Source: a virus (lineage: Duplodnaviria > Caudoviricetes). Taken from it: a stretch of DNA of 64,000 bases. The DNA is taken from IMG/VR virus record IMGVR_UViG_3300022591_000002. One strand, written 5' to 3'. Positions within the stretch are counted from its first letter, which is position 1. Each line of letters begins with the position of its first letter. The position numbers and the translations under genes were made by a program. Of this stretch, positions 35,088 through 45,406 are shown one piece after another. Under the pieces are notes generated by a model, which did no database searches, was not told the origin of the DNA, and saw nothing but the letters and a program-made list of their open reading frames with translations.

Positions 35088-38000
35088 ATGGCAAAAACAT
35101 TACAATCACCAGGCGTAAGCGTATCAGTTATTGATGAGAGTTTCTATACGCCTGCCGCACCTGGAACAGTACCCCTAGTTATTGTGGCAAGTGCCTCAAA
35201 CAAAGCAAATGCCTCAAATACAGGCCTAGCAAAAGGAACAGATCCTGCAAACGCTGGAAAAGTATACACAATTACAAGTCAACGTGATTTGACAGATACC
35301 TTTGGAACACCATTGTTCTACACAGATACACAAGGTAATCCAATCCACGGTGGCGAATTAAACGAATACGGTTTACAAGCCGCTTACTCACTATTAGGTG
35401 TAAGCTCAAAGGCATACGTAGCTCGTGCAAACATTGACCTAGGTCAATTGACTGCTAAGTCAGACGCACCAGCAGGTCCTCCAACAGATGGATCATACTG
35501 GTTAGACACTTCAAACACGCTATTTGGTCTGTTTGAATGGAATTCTGCAACAGGCACATTTGCTAACAAATCTCCAATCGTTATCGACGGTTCAAACCGC
35601 GCAAATAACACAGTTAACTCAGATGGCGTAACACCAAAACCAAGTTTAGGTGCTAACGGTTCATATTGTATCGTCTTAGACAATACTGATATGAACAACA
35701 CATATTTCAAGAACAGTAATGGTAACTGGGTTCAAGTTGGTTCAAGCAATGAAACAGCATTTGCTTCAAACGCTAACAATTCAACATTTGTATCAACAAC
35801 ATGGCAAACAAGTTGGCCAGCAGTAGTTGGTACAACAAGCAATCCAGCATTTACAGCTTCTCCAGGTGCTATTACAATTAACGGTAACTCAATTACTGTT
35901 ACAACAGCATCTACAGTAGCAAGTATTTCTGCAAGTATTAACTCAGCATTGCACATCAAAGGTATTGGTGCTAAGGCTAATACATCAGGTAAGCTAGAAC
36001 TATACACAGACTTGTATCCAGGTAGTTTAACAGTTGCTGGTAATGCAACAACATTGAATTCACTAGGTATTCCAGCAGGTACATATAGCGGTCCTCAAAT
36101 GACTGTTGCTCCTCATACACAATATCCTAACTACGGTACTGCACCTAGCGGATCTGTATACCTAAAGACTACAAGTCCTAACAGTGGTGCTCATTGGATT
36201 GTTAAACAATACTCTGCATCAACACAAGCATTTACACAAATTGCGGCTCCATTGTATAACAACTCTGCATCTGCATTGTATAACATTGACAAAACAGGCG
36301 GTGGTGCAAACATTCCAGTTGGCACATTGTTTATTGAAGCAAGCTACGACCACGGTGATGGTTTTGCATCAACATCAACACAACGTCCAATCACATTGAA
36401 CTTTGAAATTCAAAGACGTGCCGCAGTTAGCCCAACAACTATTACAAGTAAAGCACTAAGTAGCTCTCCTACACTAGTTAATGGCACAACACTACAACTA
36501 AAAGAAAGTTTAGTTGGCCAGTTGAATTATGGTAACGCAGTTACAGTAACAGTTCAAACTCCTAGTGCAGGCGATACATGGATTGGTGCGTTAGTAACAG
36601 CAATTAATTCTGCAGGTTTAACAAACGTTACAGCACAGCACAACAGTGATGACACAATTACAATCACTCACGCAACTGGTGGCGACATTAAATTTAATGA
36701 CCCTAACAACGTACTAGGTACAGTTGGCTTTACAGCATGGAATCAAAGTGCTCCAACAACTGCTTATACAACAAACTTCTACGCACTAGGCGAATACGAA
36801 CCAGATGCTTTTGACTACAGAGCAAGTAACTGGGCTCCGTTAATCACAACAGCAAGCCCAAGCGAGCCAGTAACTTCCCCTGAAGATGGTACATTATGGT
36901 ACAGCAGTATCACTGACCAAGTTGATATTATGTACAATGATGGTACACATTGGAAAGGTTATAGAAATGCATTCCCAAGTACAGATCCAAATGGCCCGAT
37001 CATCAGTTCTACTCGTCCAACAACACAAAGCGATGGACGTACAGCTCTTGCAGATGGCGACATCTGGATTGATCGTTCAGACATTGAAATGTACGGCTTA
37101 AACATCTATGTTTACAACGGCAATACATTGAAGTGGGTTAAACAAGATCCAGCAGATCAAACAAGTCCAACAGGTTGGGTGTTTGCTGATGCACGTTGGG
37201 CAACAAACGGTTACTCAACAGCGCAATCATCAATTGCATCACTACTACGTTCAGACTTCTTAGACCCAGACGCACCAGATCCAGGCGGTTATCCACGTGG
37301 TACACGTCTATGGAACTTACGTCGTTCAGGTTTCAACGTAAAACGTTACGAAGCAAACTATATCAATATCTATGCTAACAACGGTGTAAACCCACGTTAC
37401 ACAGAGCCAATGGATGGTTCAAACTCAACAACAGCATACGCAACATCACGTTGGGTAACTGTAAGTCCAAATCGTCCAGACGGTGCAGGTTCATTTGGTC
37501 GTCACGCACAACGTGGCTTTGTAGTATCAGCACTAAAAGCGTTGATTGATACAAACCAAACTATCCGCGATACAGACAGTTTAGTATTCAACTTGATTGC
37601 TTGCCCTGGTTATCCAGAAGCAGTACAGAATCTAGTTGCTCTAAACACAGACCGTGGACAAACAGCATTCGTTATTGGTGATACTCCATTCCGCTTACCT
37701 GCAAACGGTACAGCATTACAAGCATGGGGCTTAAACACTAACGGCGCATTTGACAACGGCGATACAGGTGCTACAAGTTATGACGACTACATGGCATTCT
37801 TCTATCCAAGTGGTTTCACAAACGACAACACAGGAAACTATATTGTTGTTCCACCAAGCCACATGATGTTACGTACATTCATCAACAGTGATGCTAAATC
37901 ATACGAATGGTTTGCTCCAGCTGGTGTACGTCGTGGTAATGTAGATAACGCTACATCAGTAGGTTACATCGACGGCACAACCGGCGAGTTCCACACAACA

Positions 38001-38465
38001 GCGTTACCACAAGCATTACGTGATGTGTTAGCAAAAACTAAGGTTAACCCAATTCCAACTCTAACAGGTTCTGGCATTGTTAACTTTGGTAACTATACTC
38101 GTGCTCCTGCGGCAAGTGCGTTAGATCGTATCAACGTTGCTCGTCTAGTTGCATATCTACGTAGACAGTTGGGCATTTTAGTAAGTCCATACTTATTTGA
38201 ACCAAACGATCAAATTACACGTAGCGAAGTTAAAAACGCAGTAGACAGTTTCTTGTTAGAACTTGTCGGACAACGTGCAATCTATGACTACTTGGTAGTT
38301 TGCGATACTAGCAACAATACACCTGCTAGAATTGACAGATCAGAGTTATGGATCGACATAGCAATTGAGCCAGTTAAGGCAGTGGAATTCATTTATGTTC
38401 CAGTTCGCTTATTGAACACAGGTGCAATTGCCGCTGGTAATTTAGGCGATATGTCAAAAGGTTAA
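35088..38465 (+). CDS. Contractile tail sheath protein (T4 gp18-like) with large insertion
   Basis: N-terminal LQSPGVSVSVIDES. C-terminal FNLIACPGYPE, WFAPAGVRRG, ALDRINVARL, LFEPND and IEPVKAVEFIYVP. Confidence 0.95.
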   Translation: MAKTLQSPGVSVSVIDESFYTPAAPGTVPLVIVASASNKANASNTGLAKGTDPANAGKVYTITSQRDLTDTFGTPLFYTDTQGNPIHGGELNEYGLQAAYSLLGVSSKAYVARANIDLGQLTAKSDAPAGPPTDGSYWLDTSNTLFGLFEWNSATGTFANKSPIVIDGSNRANNTVNSDGVTPKPSLGANGSYCIVLDNTDMNNTYFKNSNGNWVQVGSSNETAFASNANNSTFVSTTWQTSWPAVVGTTSNPAFTASPGAITINGNSITVTTASTVASISASINSALHIKGIGAKANTSGKLELYTDLYPGSLTVAGNATTLNSLGIPAGTYSGPQMTVAPHTQYPNYGTAPSGSVYLKTTSPNSGAHWIVKQYSASTQAFTQIAAPLYNNSASALYNIDKTGGGANIPVGTLFIEASYDHGDGFASTSTQRPITLNFEIQRRAAVSPTTITSKALSSSPTLVNGTTLQLKESLVGQLNYGNAVTVTVQTPSAGDTWIGALVTAINSAGLTNVTAQHNSDDTITITHATGGDIKFNDPNNVLGTVGFTAWNQSAPTTAYTTNFYALGEYEPDAFDYRASNWAPLITTASPSEPVTSPEDGTLWYSSITDQVDIMYNDGTHWKGYRNAFPSTDPNGPIISSTRPTTQSDGRTALADGDIWIDRSDIEMYGLNIYVYNGNTLKWVKQDPADQTSPTGWVFADARWATNGYSTAQSSIASLLRSDFLDPDAPDPGGYPRGTRLWNLRRSGFNVKRYEANYINIYANNGVNPRYTEPMDGSNSTTAYATSRWVTVSPNRPDGAGSFGRHAQRGFVVSALKALIDTNQTIRDTDSLVFNLIACPGYPEAVQNLVALNTDRGQTAFVIGDTPFRLPANGTALQAWGLNTNGAFDNGDTGATSYDDYMAFFYPSGFTNDNTGNYIVVPPSHMMLRTFINSDAKSYEWFAPAGVRRGNVDNATSVGYIDGTTGEFHTTALPQALRDVLAKTKVNPIPTLTGSGIVNFGNYTRAPAASALDRINVARLVAYLRRQLGILVSPYLFEPNDQITRSEVKNAVDSFLLELVGQRAIYDYLVVCDTSNNTPARIDRSELWIDIAIEPVKAVEFIYVPVRLLNTGAIAAGNLGDMSKG

Positions 38466-38499
38466 TAGGTTAAATAATAAGGAATAAGGAGCATTTAAG

Positions 38500-39126
38500 A
38501 TGGCAATCGCAAGTTTAAGCAAATTATCAGTTCCATTACCAGCAGGCCAAAGTGCAAGCAGTCAAGGCTTGTTGATGCCAAAACTGAAGTATCGCTTCAG
38601 AGTGCAACTACAGAATTTTGGTGTAACAAAGCCAACTACTGAAGTTACAAAGCAGGTAATGAACGTAACTCGTCCAAAGGTTACTTTTGAAAACATGGAA
38701 CTTCATGTTTACAACTCAAAGGTTAACTATGCTGGCAAGTACACATGGGATCCGATCACACTAGTAATTCGTGATGATCAATCTAGTGCAGTAAGCAAGC
38801 TATGTGGCGAACAGATCCAGAAGCAATTCGACTTCTATGAACAAGCATCTGCAAGTTCAGGTATCGACTACAAGTTCACAACTGTAATTGAAATCCTAGA
38901 CGGTGGTAATGGAGCATTTGATCCAACAGTTTTAGAAACATTCCAATTAATTGGTTGTTACGTAACTGATATTACATACCAACAAGTAGACTACTCAAGT
39001 TCAGAGGCGTTAGATATTAGCTTGTCTATCAAGTTTGACAACGCAATCCAAACAGATACTGCTGGCAATCCAGTTGGTATTGGTACAAACGTTGGACGTA
39101 CATTAGGTACATTGGCTTCGGGTTAA
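38500..39126 (+). CDS. Tail tube protein (T4 gp19-like)
   Basis: Follows the sheath gene. Motifs KYRFRV, VTRPKVTFE, AGKYTWDPITLVIRDD and LIGCYVT. TAAATA at 38471-38476 and an AAGGAG SD. Confidence 0.85.
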   Translation: MAIASLSKLSVPLPAGQSASSQGLLMPKLKYRFRVQLQNFGVTKPTTEVTKQVMNVTRPKVTFENMELHVYNSKVNYAGKYTWDPITLVIRDDQSSAVSKLCGEQIQKQFDFYEQASASSGIDYKFTTVIEILDGGNGAFDPTVLETFQLIGCYVTDITYQQVDYSSSEALDISLSIKFDNAIQTDTAGNPVGIGTNVGRTLGTLASG

Positions 39127-39140
39127 TCCTAAGCAAACAC

Positions 39141-39172
39141 AAAAAGGCCTGGTTTTTTCTAGGCCTTTTTTT
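39141..39172 (+). terminator. Rho-independent terminator
   Basis: AAAAAGGCCTGG-tttttt-CTAGGCCTTTTTTT: a 12-bp stem including one G-U pair, then a T-tract, right after the tube gene. Confidence 0.85.
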
Positions 39173-39187
39173 ACGGCTAAATACTTC

Positions 39188-40939
39188 ATGCCAAACATTA
39201 CCGACTTTTTATCTGGTGTCTTTTCAGGTGCTACCCATCCTAAAGGGACAATGGGCGACTTCCAGCATGCCGCTAGGTTATATACTGATAACTTATATGC
39301 TCTTACTCCAAAAGCAGGCTGGATGTACTATGCGTACTTTGTTATAAATCCCAAAGCGCAAACAGCAATTTCTGCAGGCGCTGATAAAACATCTAGCAGT
39401 TTATTAGGTACTATAGGACAAGTCCTTGGTGGCGCTAATGTAAAAGGAATTATTTCCAACGGCAAGAATCAAAATCTTGAAGCAGGTATGTTAGTAAAAG
39501 CCGCAGACTTACCTAAGTTTCAAATACAAACAGAACAACTAAATCAGTACAACCGTCGTACTAATATTCAAACAAAAATAAATTATCAGCCAGTGACAAT
39601 TAATTTTCACGATGATATGAGTAACACCACAAACGAGTTGTGGCAAAGTTATTTTAGATATTATTACGCAGATACAACTTACGGTAGTGCATCAAGTCCT
39701 ACTACTGACTCTGCTAACCTTGCAACTAATCCTGCATACGGAAACACAAAATACTCAGCAACAACACCTGTACCTCCTAATGCATACGGTTTAAACAATA
39801 ATCAAGGTGAGCCTTTTTTCCGTGCAATTATATTATATCAGTTGAATAGATCTGTATTCAATTCTTATATAATGATCAATCCATTAGTAACACAATGGGA
39901 TCACGCACACTTAGATCAATCGCAAAACAGTTTTTCAGAAAATAAAATGAGCTTTCAATACGAAACAGTATTTTATGGCAAGGGCAAAGTTAAACGAGAT
40001 CAACCTCCTGGATTTGCTACATTTCACTATGACACAACTCCAAGTCCATTAAGTATTCAAGGCGGCGGCACTGGAACACTATTTGGTCCAGGTGGAGTTA
40101 TTTCAGGAGCTCAAGAATTATTTGGCGGTAGCGACACAGGTCCTACAAGTATCTTAGGTACAGCTCTAGGTGTAGCTAACCTAGTAGGTAATGCAGGTAA
40201 ACTTAATGCGGCTGGTATTAAAGCAGAAGGATATAGTATGCTTGGCGGAGTATTAGGCACTATTGGTAACAAAGGAAATATACCAGAAGGCTCGTACGGT
40301 GGCATCGGCGGCGGAATAGTCGGCGGAGCACTTAGCATCTTTAAGGGCGGCAATTCTAGTACTAACGGACAGACAAGTGCTAGTCAAAAATCAATAACCG
40401 GACAAGCGTCTAATCAGGATAATCCAGCGGGAACTACTACACAGCCTGCACTAGCGGCCGCGGCAGTGGCCACAATTACTCCATTAAATTCTGCACTCTT
40501 ACCAACAGACGTTGCAGATTTAGAGTCGCTATCTGCTAGCAACACTGATCAAATTTCATTGTTAAACTCTAAAATTGCAGATGCTAAAACATTACAACCA
40601 AGCTATCTAGCAGAATTTGGTGCGGCGGCCGCAAGTGGCGGACAAGATGCAGTGGACGCAGTGAATTCTAAATATGCATCATTGGGCTATCAGGATCCTA
40701 ATAAGTTACAGGCTAACTTAACAGTATTACAATCAAATCAAACAACAATTGATACTGCATTAAAAACAGCAAATCAAATATCAGCTCCAAATCAAACGTT
40801 GGCAAAAGATGATAACACTACAGGTCCTCAGGATCCAAGTGCCGCTCTTAACACAGCAAAAAATCAAGATACAAATATAACTCAACAACCAGTTATACAA
40901 ACAGCATCGGCTAATACAGCAGATTCATGGTACGAATAA
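39188..40939 (+). CDS. Tube-fold baseplate/tail-tube initiator-like protein (gp48/gp54-like) with Gly/Ala/Thr-rich C-terminal extension
   Basis: LPKFQIQTEQLNQYNR...INYQPVTINFHDD...W..Y..YY is a gp19-superfamily pattern. TAAATA lies 4 nt before the ATG. Confidence 0.6.
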   Translation: MPNITDFLSGVFSGATHPKGTMGDFQHAARLYTDNLYALTPKAGWMYYAYFVINPKAQTAISAGADKTSSSLLGTIGQVLGGANVKGIISNGKNQNLEAGMLVKAADLPKFQIQTEQLNQYNRRTNIQTKINYQPVTINFHDDMSNTTNELWQSYFRYYYADTTYGSASSPTTDSANLATNPAYGNTKYSATTPVPPNAYGLNNNQGEPFFRAIILYQLNRSVFNSYIMINPLVTQWDHAHLDQSQNSFSENKMSFQYETVFYGKGKVKRDQPPGFATFHYDTTPSPLSIQGGGTGTLFGPGGVISGAQELFGGSDTGPTSILGTALGVANLVGNAGKLNAAGIKAEGYSMLGGVLGTIGNKGNIPEGSYGGIGGGIVGGALSIFKGGNSSTNGQTSASQKSITGQASNQDNPAGTTTQPALAAAAVATITPLNSALLPTDVADLESLSASNTDQISLLNSKIADAKTLQPSYLAEFGAAAASGGQDAVDAVNSKYASLGYQDPNKLQANLTVLQSNQTTIDTALKTANQISAPNQTLAKDDNTTGPQDPSAALNTAKNQDTNITQQPVIQTASANTADSWYE

Positions 40940-40940
40940 T

Positions 40941-41318
40941 ATGACAACAACTTATAATAATATTCCACAAGAAAAAGTTACAGACAGCGCACTAGCTACT
41001 GTACAGATGTTTAATCAGTACGGCAGTCCTGTTGTTGCCTTAGATGCGGCAACTATAGATGCGGCTGTTGGATTTTTTACAAGTCGTGGCTTTGATAAGA
41101 ATAGTGCAGAATCTATTGCCTACATTATTATGAAGCAGGCAAAACTAGACGGCTATAAACCTTTTCAAATTATTGACACACTTGGTGGATTAGATAATGT
41201 TCAAATATCTGCACTAGTTACAGAACTACTAAACTATAACAGATACAAATCAAGCAGTCTTGGAATGGCACAAACGTTTATTCCTGTAGCAACTGTACAA
41301 AGAAATATTTTAGCCTAA
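40941..41318 (+). CDS. Hypothetical protein (tail/baseplate cluster)
   Basis: 125-aa ORF tightly packed between structural genes. Confidence 0.55.
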   Translation: MTTTYNNIPQEKVTDSALATVQMFNQYGSPVVALDAATIDAAVGFFTSRGFDKNSAESIAYIIMKQAKLDGYKPFQIIDTLGGLDNVQISALVTELLNYNRYKSSSLGMAQTFIPVATVQRNILA

Positions 41319-41758
41319 TGAGAAACACAGCAAAGGGTCCTTATCTATTAAAGAACCCAGAAAAATATATTGGTGGTGGTACACCTTATTATCGCAGTAG
41401 TTGGGAAGCCGCAGTTATGAAGATGTGTGACGAAAATGCATCTATAGAACAGTGGGCTAGCGAAGCAGTTAAGATTCCTTATCGTGATCCGTTAACTGGT
41501 AAAAACACAGTTTACGTACCTGACTTTCTTGTAGTCTTTACAGATCGTAAAAATAAAAAGCATACAGAGTTATGGGAAGTAAAACCTATTAATCAAACTA
41601 TGCTAGAAAGCGTTGGTAAAAATCCCTACAACCAAGGGCAGTATGTACGAAATCAAGTAAAGTGGGAAATGGCCAGACAGTGGGCTAGAGGTAGGGGAAT
41701 ACACTTTAGGATCCTCACAGAGGCCGATATTTTCCATACTGGTAAGAAAAAGCGATAA
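41318..41758 (+). CDS. Head completion nuclease (T4 gp4-like, TnsA/PD-(D/E)xK)
   Basis: Motifs YRSSWE, QWASE..KIPY.DP and YVPDF...EVKP. Confidence 0.9.
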   Translation: MRNTAKGPYLLKNPEKYIGGGTPYYRSSWEAAVMKMCDENASIEQWASEAVKIPYRDPLTGKNTVYVPDFLVVFTDRKNKKHTELWEVKPINQTMLESVGKNPYNQGQYVRNQVKWEMARQWARGRGIHFRILTEADIFHTGKKKR

Positions 41759-41766
41759 GTAAAGTT

Positions 41767-42255
41767 ATGACTAAAAAGCTAGAAGAACTGTTGGATATAG
41801 AACCTACTAAAAAAGTAGAACCTGTAACCAAACCCGAATCTGTAGAAATAGCAGAAGTTCAGCACGTTGACCTACAGCAGAACTTAGAGCAGTTTGATAA
41901 GATCAGTGCCGCCCTCCCTCAGGTAAAAGGCCTGGGCGATATGAGCGATACAGAGTTAGATGGCCTAGCGGCAAAGGCAGAATCTGCATACGATGATCTA
42001 ATGGATCTAGGTATGAACGTAGAAGCACGTTACGGAGCACGTATGTTTGAAGTAGCAGGTACAATGCTACAGGCCGCAATTAACGCTAAATCAGCTAAAA
42101 TTGACAAAAAATTAAAAATGGTAGAATTACAGCTGAAAAAGCTGGCTATTGATAAGAAGAACGGCCCTGCCGAAGATGGCATGGTTGAGGGGGAAGGTTA
42201 CGTGATTTCTGACCGTAATAGTCTCCTGGAAAAACTTAAAAATATGAATAAATAA
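41767..42255 (+). CDS. Probable terminase small subunit (T4 gp16-like)
   Basis: 162 aa and helical. ARMFEVAGTML...K..LK resembles the gp16 PRAYEVAGQL motif. It is near the large terminase gene. Confidence 0.55.
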   Translation: MTKKLEELLDIEPTKKVEPVTKPESVEIAEVQHVDLQQNLEQFDKISAALPQVKGLGDMSDTELDGLAAKAESAYDDLMDLGMNVEARYGARMFEVAGTMLQAAINAKSAKIDKKLKMVELQLKKLAIDKKNGPAEDGMVEGEGYVISDRNSLLEKLKNMNK

Positions 42256-42277
42256 TATACCAGGGAACTGATATAAC

Positions 42278-42868
42278 ATGAGATCATTTAAAGAATACTT
42301 AACAGAAAGCAAACGCACATTTGACTTCAAAGTCAAGATTGCAGGAGACGTATCTGCTGACAGCGAAAAAATGCTAGAAACACTTTTACAGAAGTTTCAA
42401 ATAGCTAGTTTCAAGAAAGCGGGCAAAACTCCTATTCAATCAGTTCCATTAGACTTTCCACTAATCAAACACGCAGAAGTTAATATCTACGAAGTAAGTT
42501 TAGATTACCCAACAACACAATGGGAACTTCACGAGTACCTATCTAGCAATTTAAGAATAGGCAGAGACCAAATAGTAGTTCGCAATCCTTTTGAACCTAC
42601 AGAAGAATACCAAGCTCCTAAAGCGGCACATGAAGGCACACTACTACAAGATCCTAATTTTACAGAAGTACCTAGCGTAGACAGCAAGAAGTACTACGGC
42701 ACCGAATACAATTTGAGCTTTGTAAAAGCATTGAATGACACAATTAAGGCCCAACGTAAAGAACAAGGCCAACAAATTCCCACAGAGTCAGCCGCAACAT
42801 ATAATGTTGACTCCAAAGAAAACACAACCAGTCCGATACAACAATCTGACTATGATCCAAGGAAATAA
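42278..42868 (+). CDS. Putative internal head protein
   Basis: The N-terminus MRSFKEYLTE resembles the T4 internal-protein capsid-targeting sequence MKTYQEFIAE. TAAATA at 42249-42254. Confidence 0.5.
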   Translation: MRSFKEYLTESKRTFDFKVKIAGDVSADSEKMLETLLQKFQIASFKKAGKTPIQSVPLDFPLIKHAEVNIYEVSLDYPTTQWELHEYLSSNLRIGRDQIVVRNPFEPTEEYQAPKAAHEGTLLQDPNFTEVPSVDSKKYYGTEYNLSFVKALNDTIKAQRKEQGQQIPTESAATYNVDSKENTTSPIQQSDYDPRK

Positions 42869-42870
42869 TT

Positions 42871-43752
42871 ATGCAAATGATCGACGTAATGAAACGCCTA
42901 GCAGAGTTGGATTCTACAAATCCTAACGTTGTAAAGGCTGACTCAAAAGAACAAGAGTTCAATGCAGGTAACGCTGTTACTGGCATGAACAACTACACAG
43001 GCGAAACAGTTATCGCAGAAACTTTAAGTGTTGCCGAACTACAAAAATTATCTGGCTTGAACGAAAGTTTAGCAGAATGTGGTCCAATGGGTATGATGGG
43101 TGCCGGTCCAATGGGCATGGCATCTGCAAAACCAACTGCAAACTTTAGCCTAAACGCTTCAGCCGCGACAGGCGATGAAGTAGCAAGTATGCTTACACAA
43201 ATCATGAACCTAGCAGGCGTTAAAGATGCAGGTCATCATTTAGGTACTCCAGATTCATTAACAGGCGAACCTCCAGCAGGTAGTCATCACGGCGCAGACG
43301 GCATGTCAGCACAAAGCGACATTGCTAAGGCATTAGGTCACATTGATAGCATCGAAGACGAAGAAGCAGAAATGGGTGCGGATATGGGCGCAGACTTCAG
43401 CGGTCAAATTGGTCACGAAGTTGATACTAAGTCTCCAACAAACGGTGACGTTGGTGCAATGGCTGACCAAGTTCGCGGTATGGCAGATGAGCTAAGTGAA
43501 AAAGATCCAGAAGATTTTGACGTTGCTGAAGAACTACGTTTATTTGACAATAGTCCAAAAGAGCAAACACGTGCTTACGATCCAAACGCATTTGCTGATG
43601 TAATTAACAGACTACGTGACTTTGACACAGTTCCAGCACGTGGTGGTGATAATCCACTAAAGGCACACGCAACTGAGGCAGTTAAATCGGCAGACGACAC
43701 AGGCTCACTAGCAGAACAACTAATGGCAGAATTTCAACAGTTTAAAGGCTAA
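42871..43752 (+). CDS. Acidic putative scaffold/internal head protein
   Basis: Very acidic and low complexity, with many (I/L/V)-x-E sites (IAE, LNE, LAE, LSE) of the T4 gp21 protease type. Confidence 0.45.
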   Translation: MQMIDVMKRLAELDSTNPNVVKADSKEQEFNAGNAVTGMNNYTGETVIAETLSVAELQKLSGLNESLAECGPMGMMGAGPMGMASAKPTANFSLNASAATGDEVASMLTQIMNLAGVKDAGHHLGTPDSLTGEPPAGSHHGADGMSAQSDIAKALGHIDSIEDEEAEMGADMGADFSGQIGHEVDTKSPTNGDVGAMADQVRGMADELSEKDPEDFDVAEELRLFDNSPKEQTRAYDPNAFADVINRLRDFDTVPARGGDNPLKAHATEAVKSADDTGSLAEQLMAEFQQFKG

Positions 43753-43768
43753 TCAAATATAGCTTTCC

Positions 43769-43797
43769 AAATAGGCTCTTCGGAGCCTATTTTTTTC
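43769..43797 (+). terminator. Rho-independent terminator with C(UUCG)G tetraloop
   Basis: AAATAGGCTC-TTCG-GAGCCTATTT followed by more Ts. Confidence 0.92.
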
Positions 43798-43810
43798 ATT
43801 AAATAAACGC

Positions 43811-45397
43811 ATGTCATTAAACAAAGATACAACGTTAATTAAGACAGCTCATAAAACTGTAAAGTTTAGTGAGCAAGACTTACTTGACCTGCAAGAATGT
43901 TCTAATTTAGAAACTGGACACAAATATTTCTTAAAACATTTCTTTGCAATCCAACATCCTACTCGTGGTAAAATACAGTACGAAGCATACGGTTATCAAG
44001 AAGCACTTGTAGATAGTCTACACAACTATCGCTTCAACGTAAACATGTTGCCACGACAGTCGGGTAAGACCACAACGGCCGTAGGCTACTTGTTGTGGTA
44101 CGCTATGTTCAATCCAGATCAAACATTGTTAATTGCGGCGCACAAATACACTGGTGCTCAAGAAATTATGCAACGTATTCGTTACGCATATGAATTGTGT
44201 CCTGATCATATTCGTTGTGGTGTTACAAGTTATAATAAACAGTCAATTGAATTTGATAACGGCTCGCGTATTGTTGCACAAACAACAACTGAAAACACAG
44301 GTCGTGGTATGTCTATATCACTACTATACTGTGACGAGTTTGCGTTCGTTCCGCCAAACATTGCCACTGAATTCTGGACTTCAATTTCACCTACACTAGC
44401 TACTGGTGGTAAGGCAATTATTACATCGACACCTAACTCAGACGAAGATCAGTTTGCTGAAATTTGGTTTGGTGCTAACCGTAAGTTCAACGAGTACGGA
44501 GATGAACAAGAAGTAGGGGAAAATGGTTTCCACCCTTACATTAGCCATTGGTCCGATCATCCAGATCGTGATGATGCATGGGCTAAGGTAGAAATGGGAC
44601 GCATTGGAGAAGAAAGATTCCGACGTGAATATGGTTGTGAATTCTTGATCTACGATGAAACACTGATCAGCAGTTTAGCACTTGCAGAAATGTCAGGTGT
44701 AGATCCTAAATACAGACAAGGGCAGGTACGTTGGTACAAGAACATTGACCCACGTATGACCTACATAGTAGCCCATGACCCTAGTCTAGGTACAGGTGGA
44801 GATCACGCTGGTATTCAAATTATAGAAATTCCAACATTTGAACAAGCGGGAGAATGGCAACACAATCTAACCCCTGTACAAGCACAAGTTCGTATCTTGC
44901 GAGACATTTGTAAGTTTATTAACGAAGAATGTCAAAAAGTAGGATCAACGGCCAACATATATTATTCAGTTGAAAACAACACGCTAGGTGAAGCGGCCTT
45001 AATAGCAATTAGCGAAATAGGTGAAGAAAGTATTCCAGGTATGTTCTTAAGTGAGCCACTAAAGAAAGGACATGTTCGCCGTTTCCGTAAGGGCTTTAAC
45101 ACAACCCAAAAAGCTAAGATCAGTGCCTGTGCCAAACTAAAACATCTAGTTGAGCACAAAACACTCAAGATATACAGCAAGCCCTTAATTACAGAACTTA
45201 AAGGTTTTATTGCAGGTGGTGCAAGTTTTGAAGCAAAAACAGGACAACATGACGACCTAGTGCTGGCATTATTGCTAGCTGTACGTATGATTATGATGTT
45301 ACAAGACTGGGATCCTGCAATCTACGAGAAATTTAACGAACATGCAGACGATGATGCGGTTATGCCAATGCCCATATACATCAGCGGTATAGCATAA
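43811..45397 (+). CDS. Terminase large subunit (T4 gp17-like)
   Basis: Walker A LPRQSGKTT, Walker B LLYCDEFAF, TSTPN, and nuclease motifs AHDPSLGTGGD and HDDLV. Confidence 0.95.
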   Translation: MSLNKDTTLIKTAHKTVKFSEQDLLDLQECSNLETGHKYFLKHFFAIQHPTRGKIQYEAYGYQEALVDSLHNYRFNVNMLPRQSGKTTTAVGYLLWYAMFNPDQTLLIAAHKYTGAQEIMQRIRYAYELCPDHIRCGVTSYNKQSIEFDNGSRIVAQTTTENTGRGMSISLLYCDEFAFVPPNIATEFWTSISPTLATGGKAIITSTPNSDEDQFAEIWFGANRKFNEYGDEQEVGENGFHPYISHWSDHPDRDDAWAKVEMGRIGEERFRREYGCEFLIYDETLISSLALAEMSGVDPKYRQGQVRWYKNIDPRMTYIVAHDPSLGTGGDHAGIQIIEIPTFEQAGEWQHNLTPVQAQVRILRDICKFINEECQKVGSTANIYYSVENNTLGEAALIAISEIGEESIPGMFLSEPLKKGHVRRFRKGFNTTQKAKISACAKLKHLVEHKTLKIYSKPLITELKGFIAGGASFEAKTGQHDDLVLALLLAVRMIMMLQDWDPAIYEKFNEHADDDAVMPMPIYISGIA

Positions 45398-45406
45398 ATA
45401 TACTTT

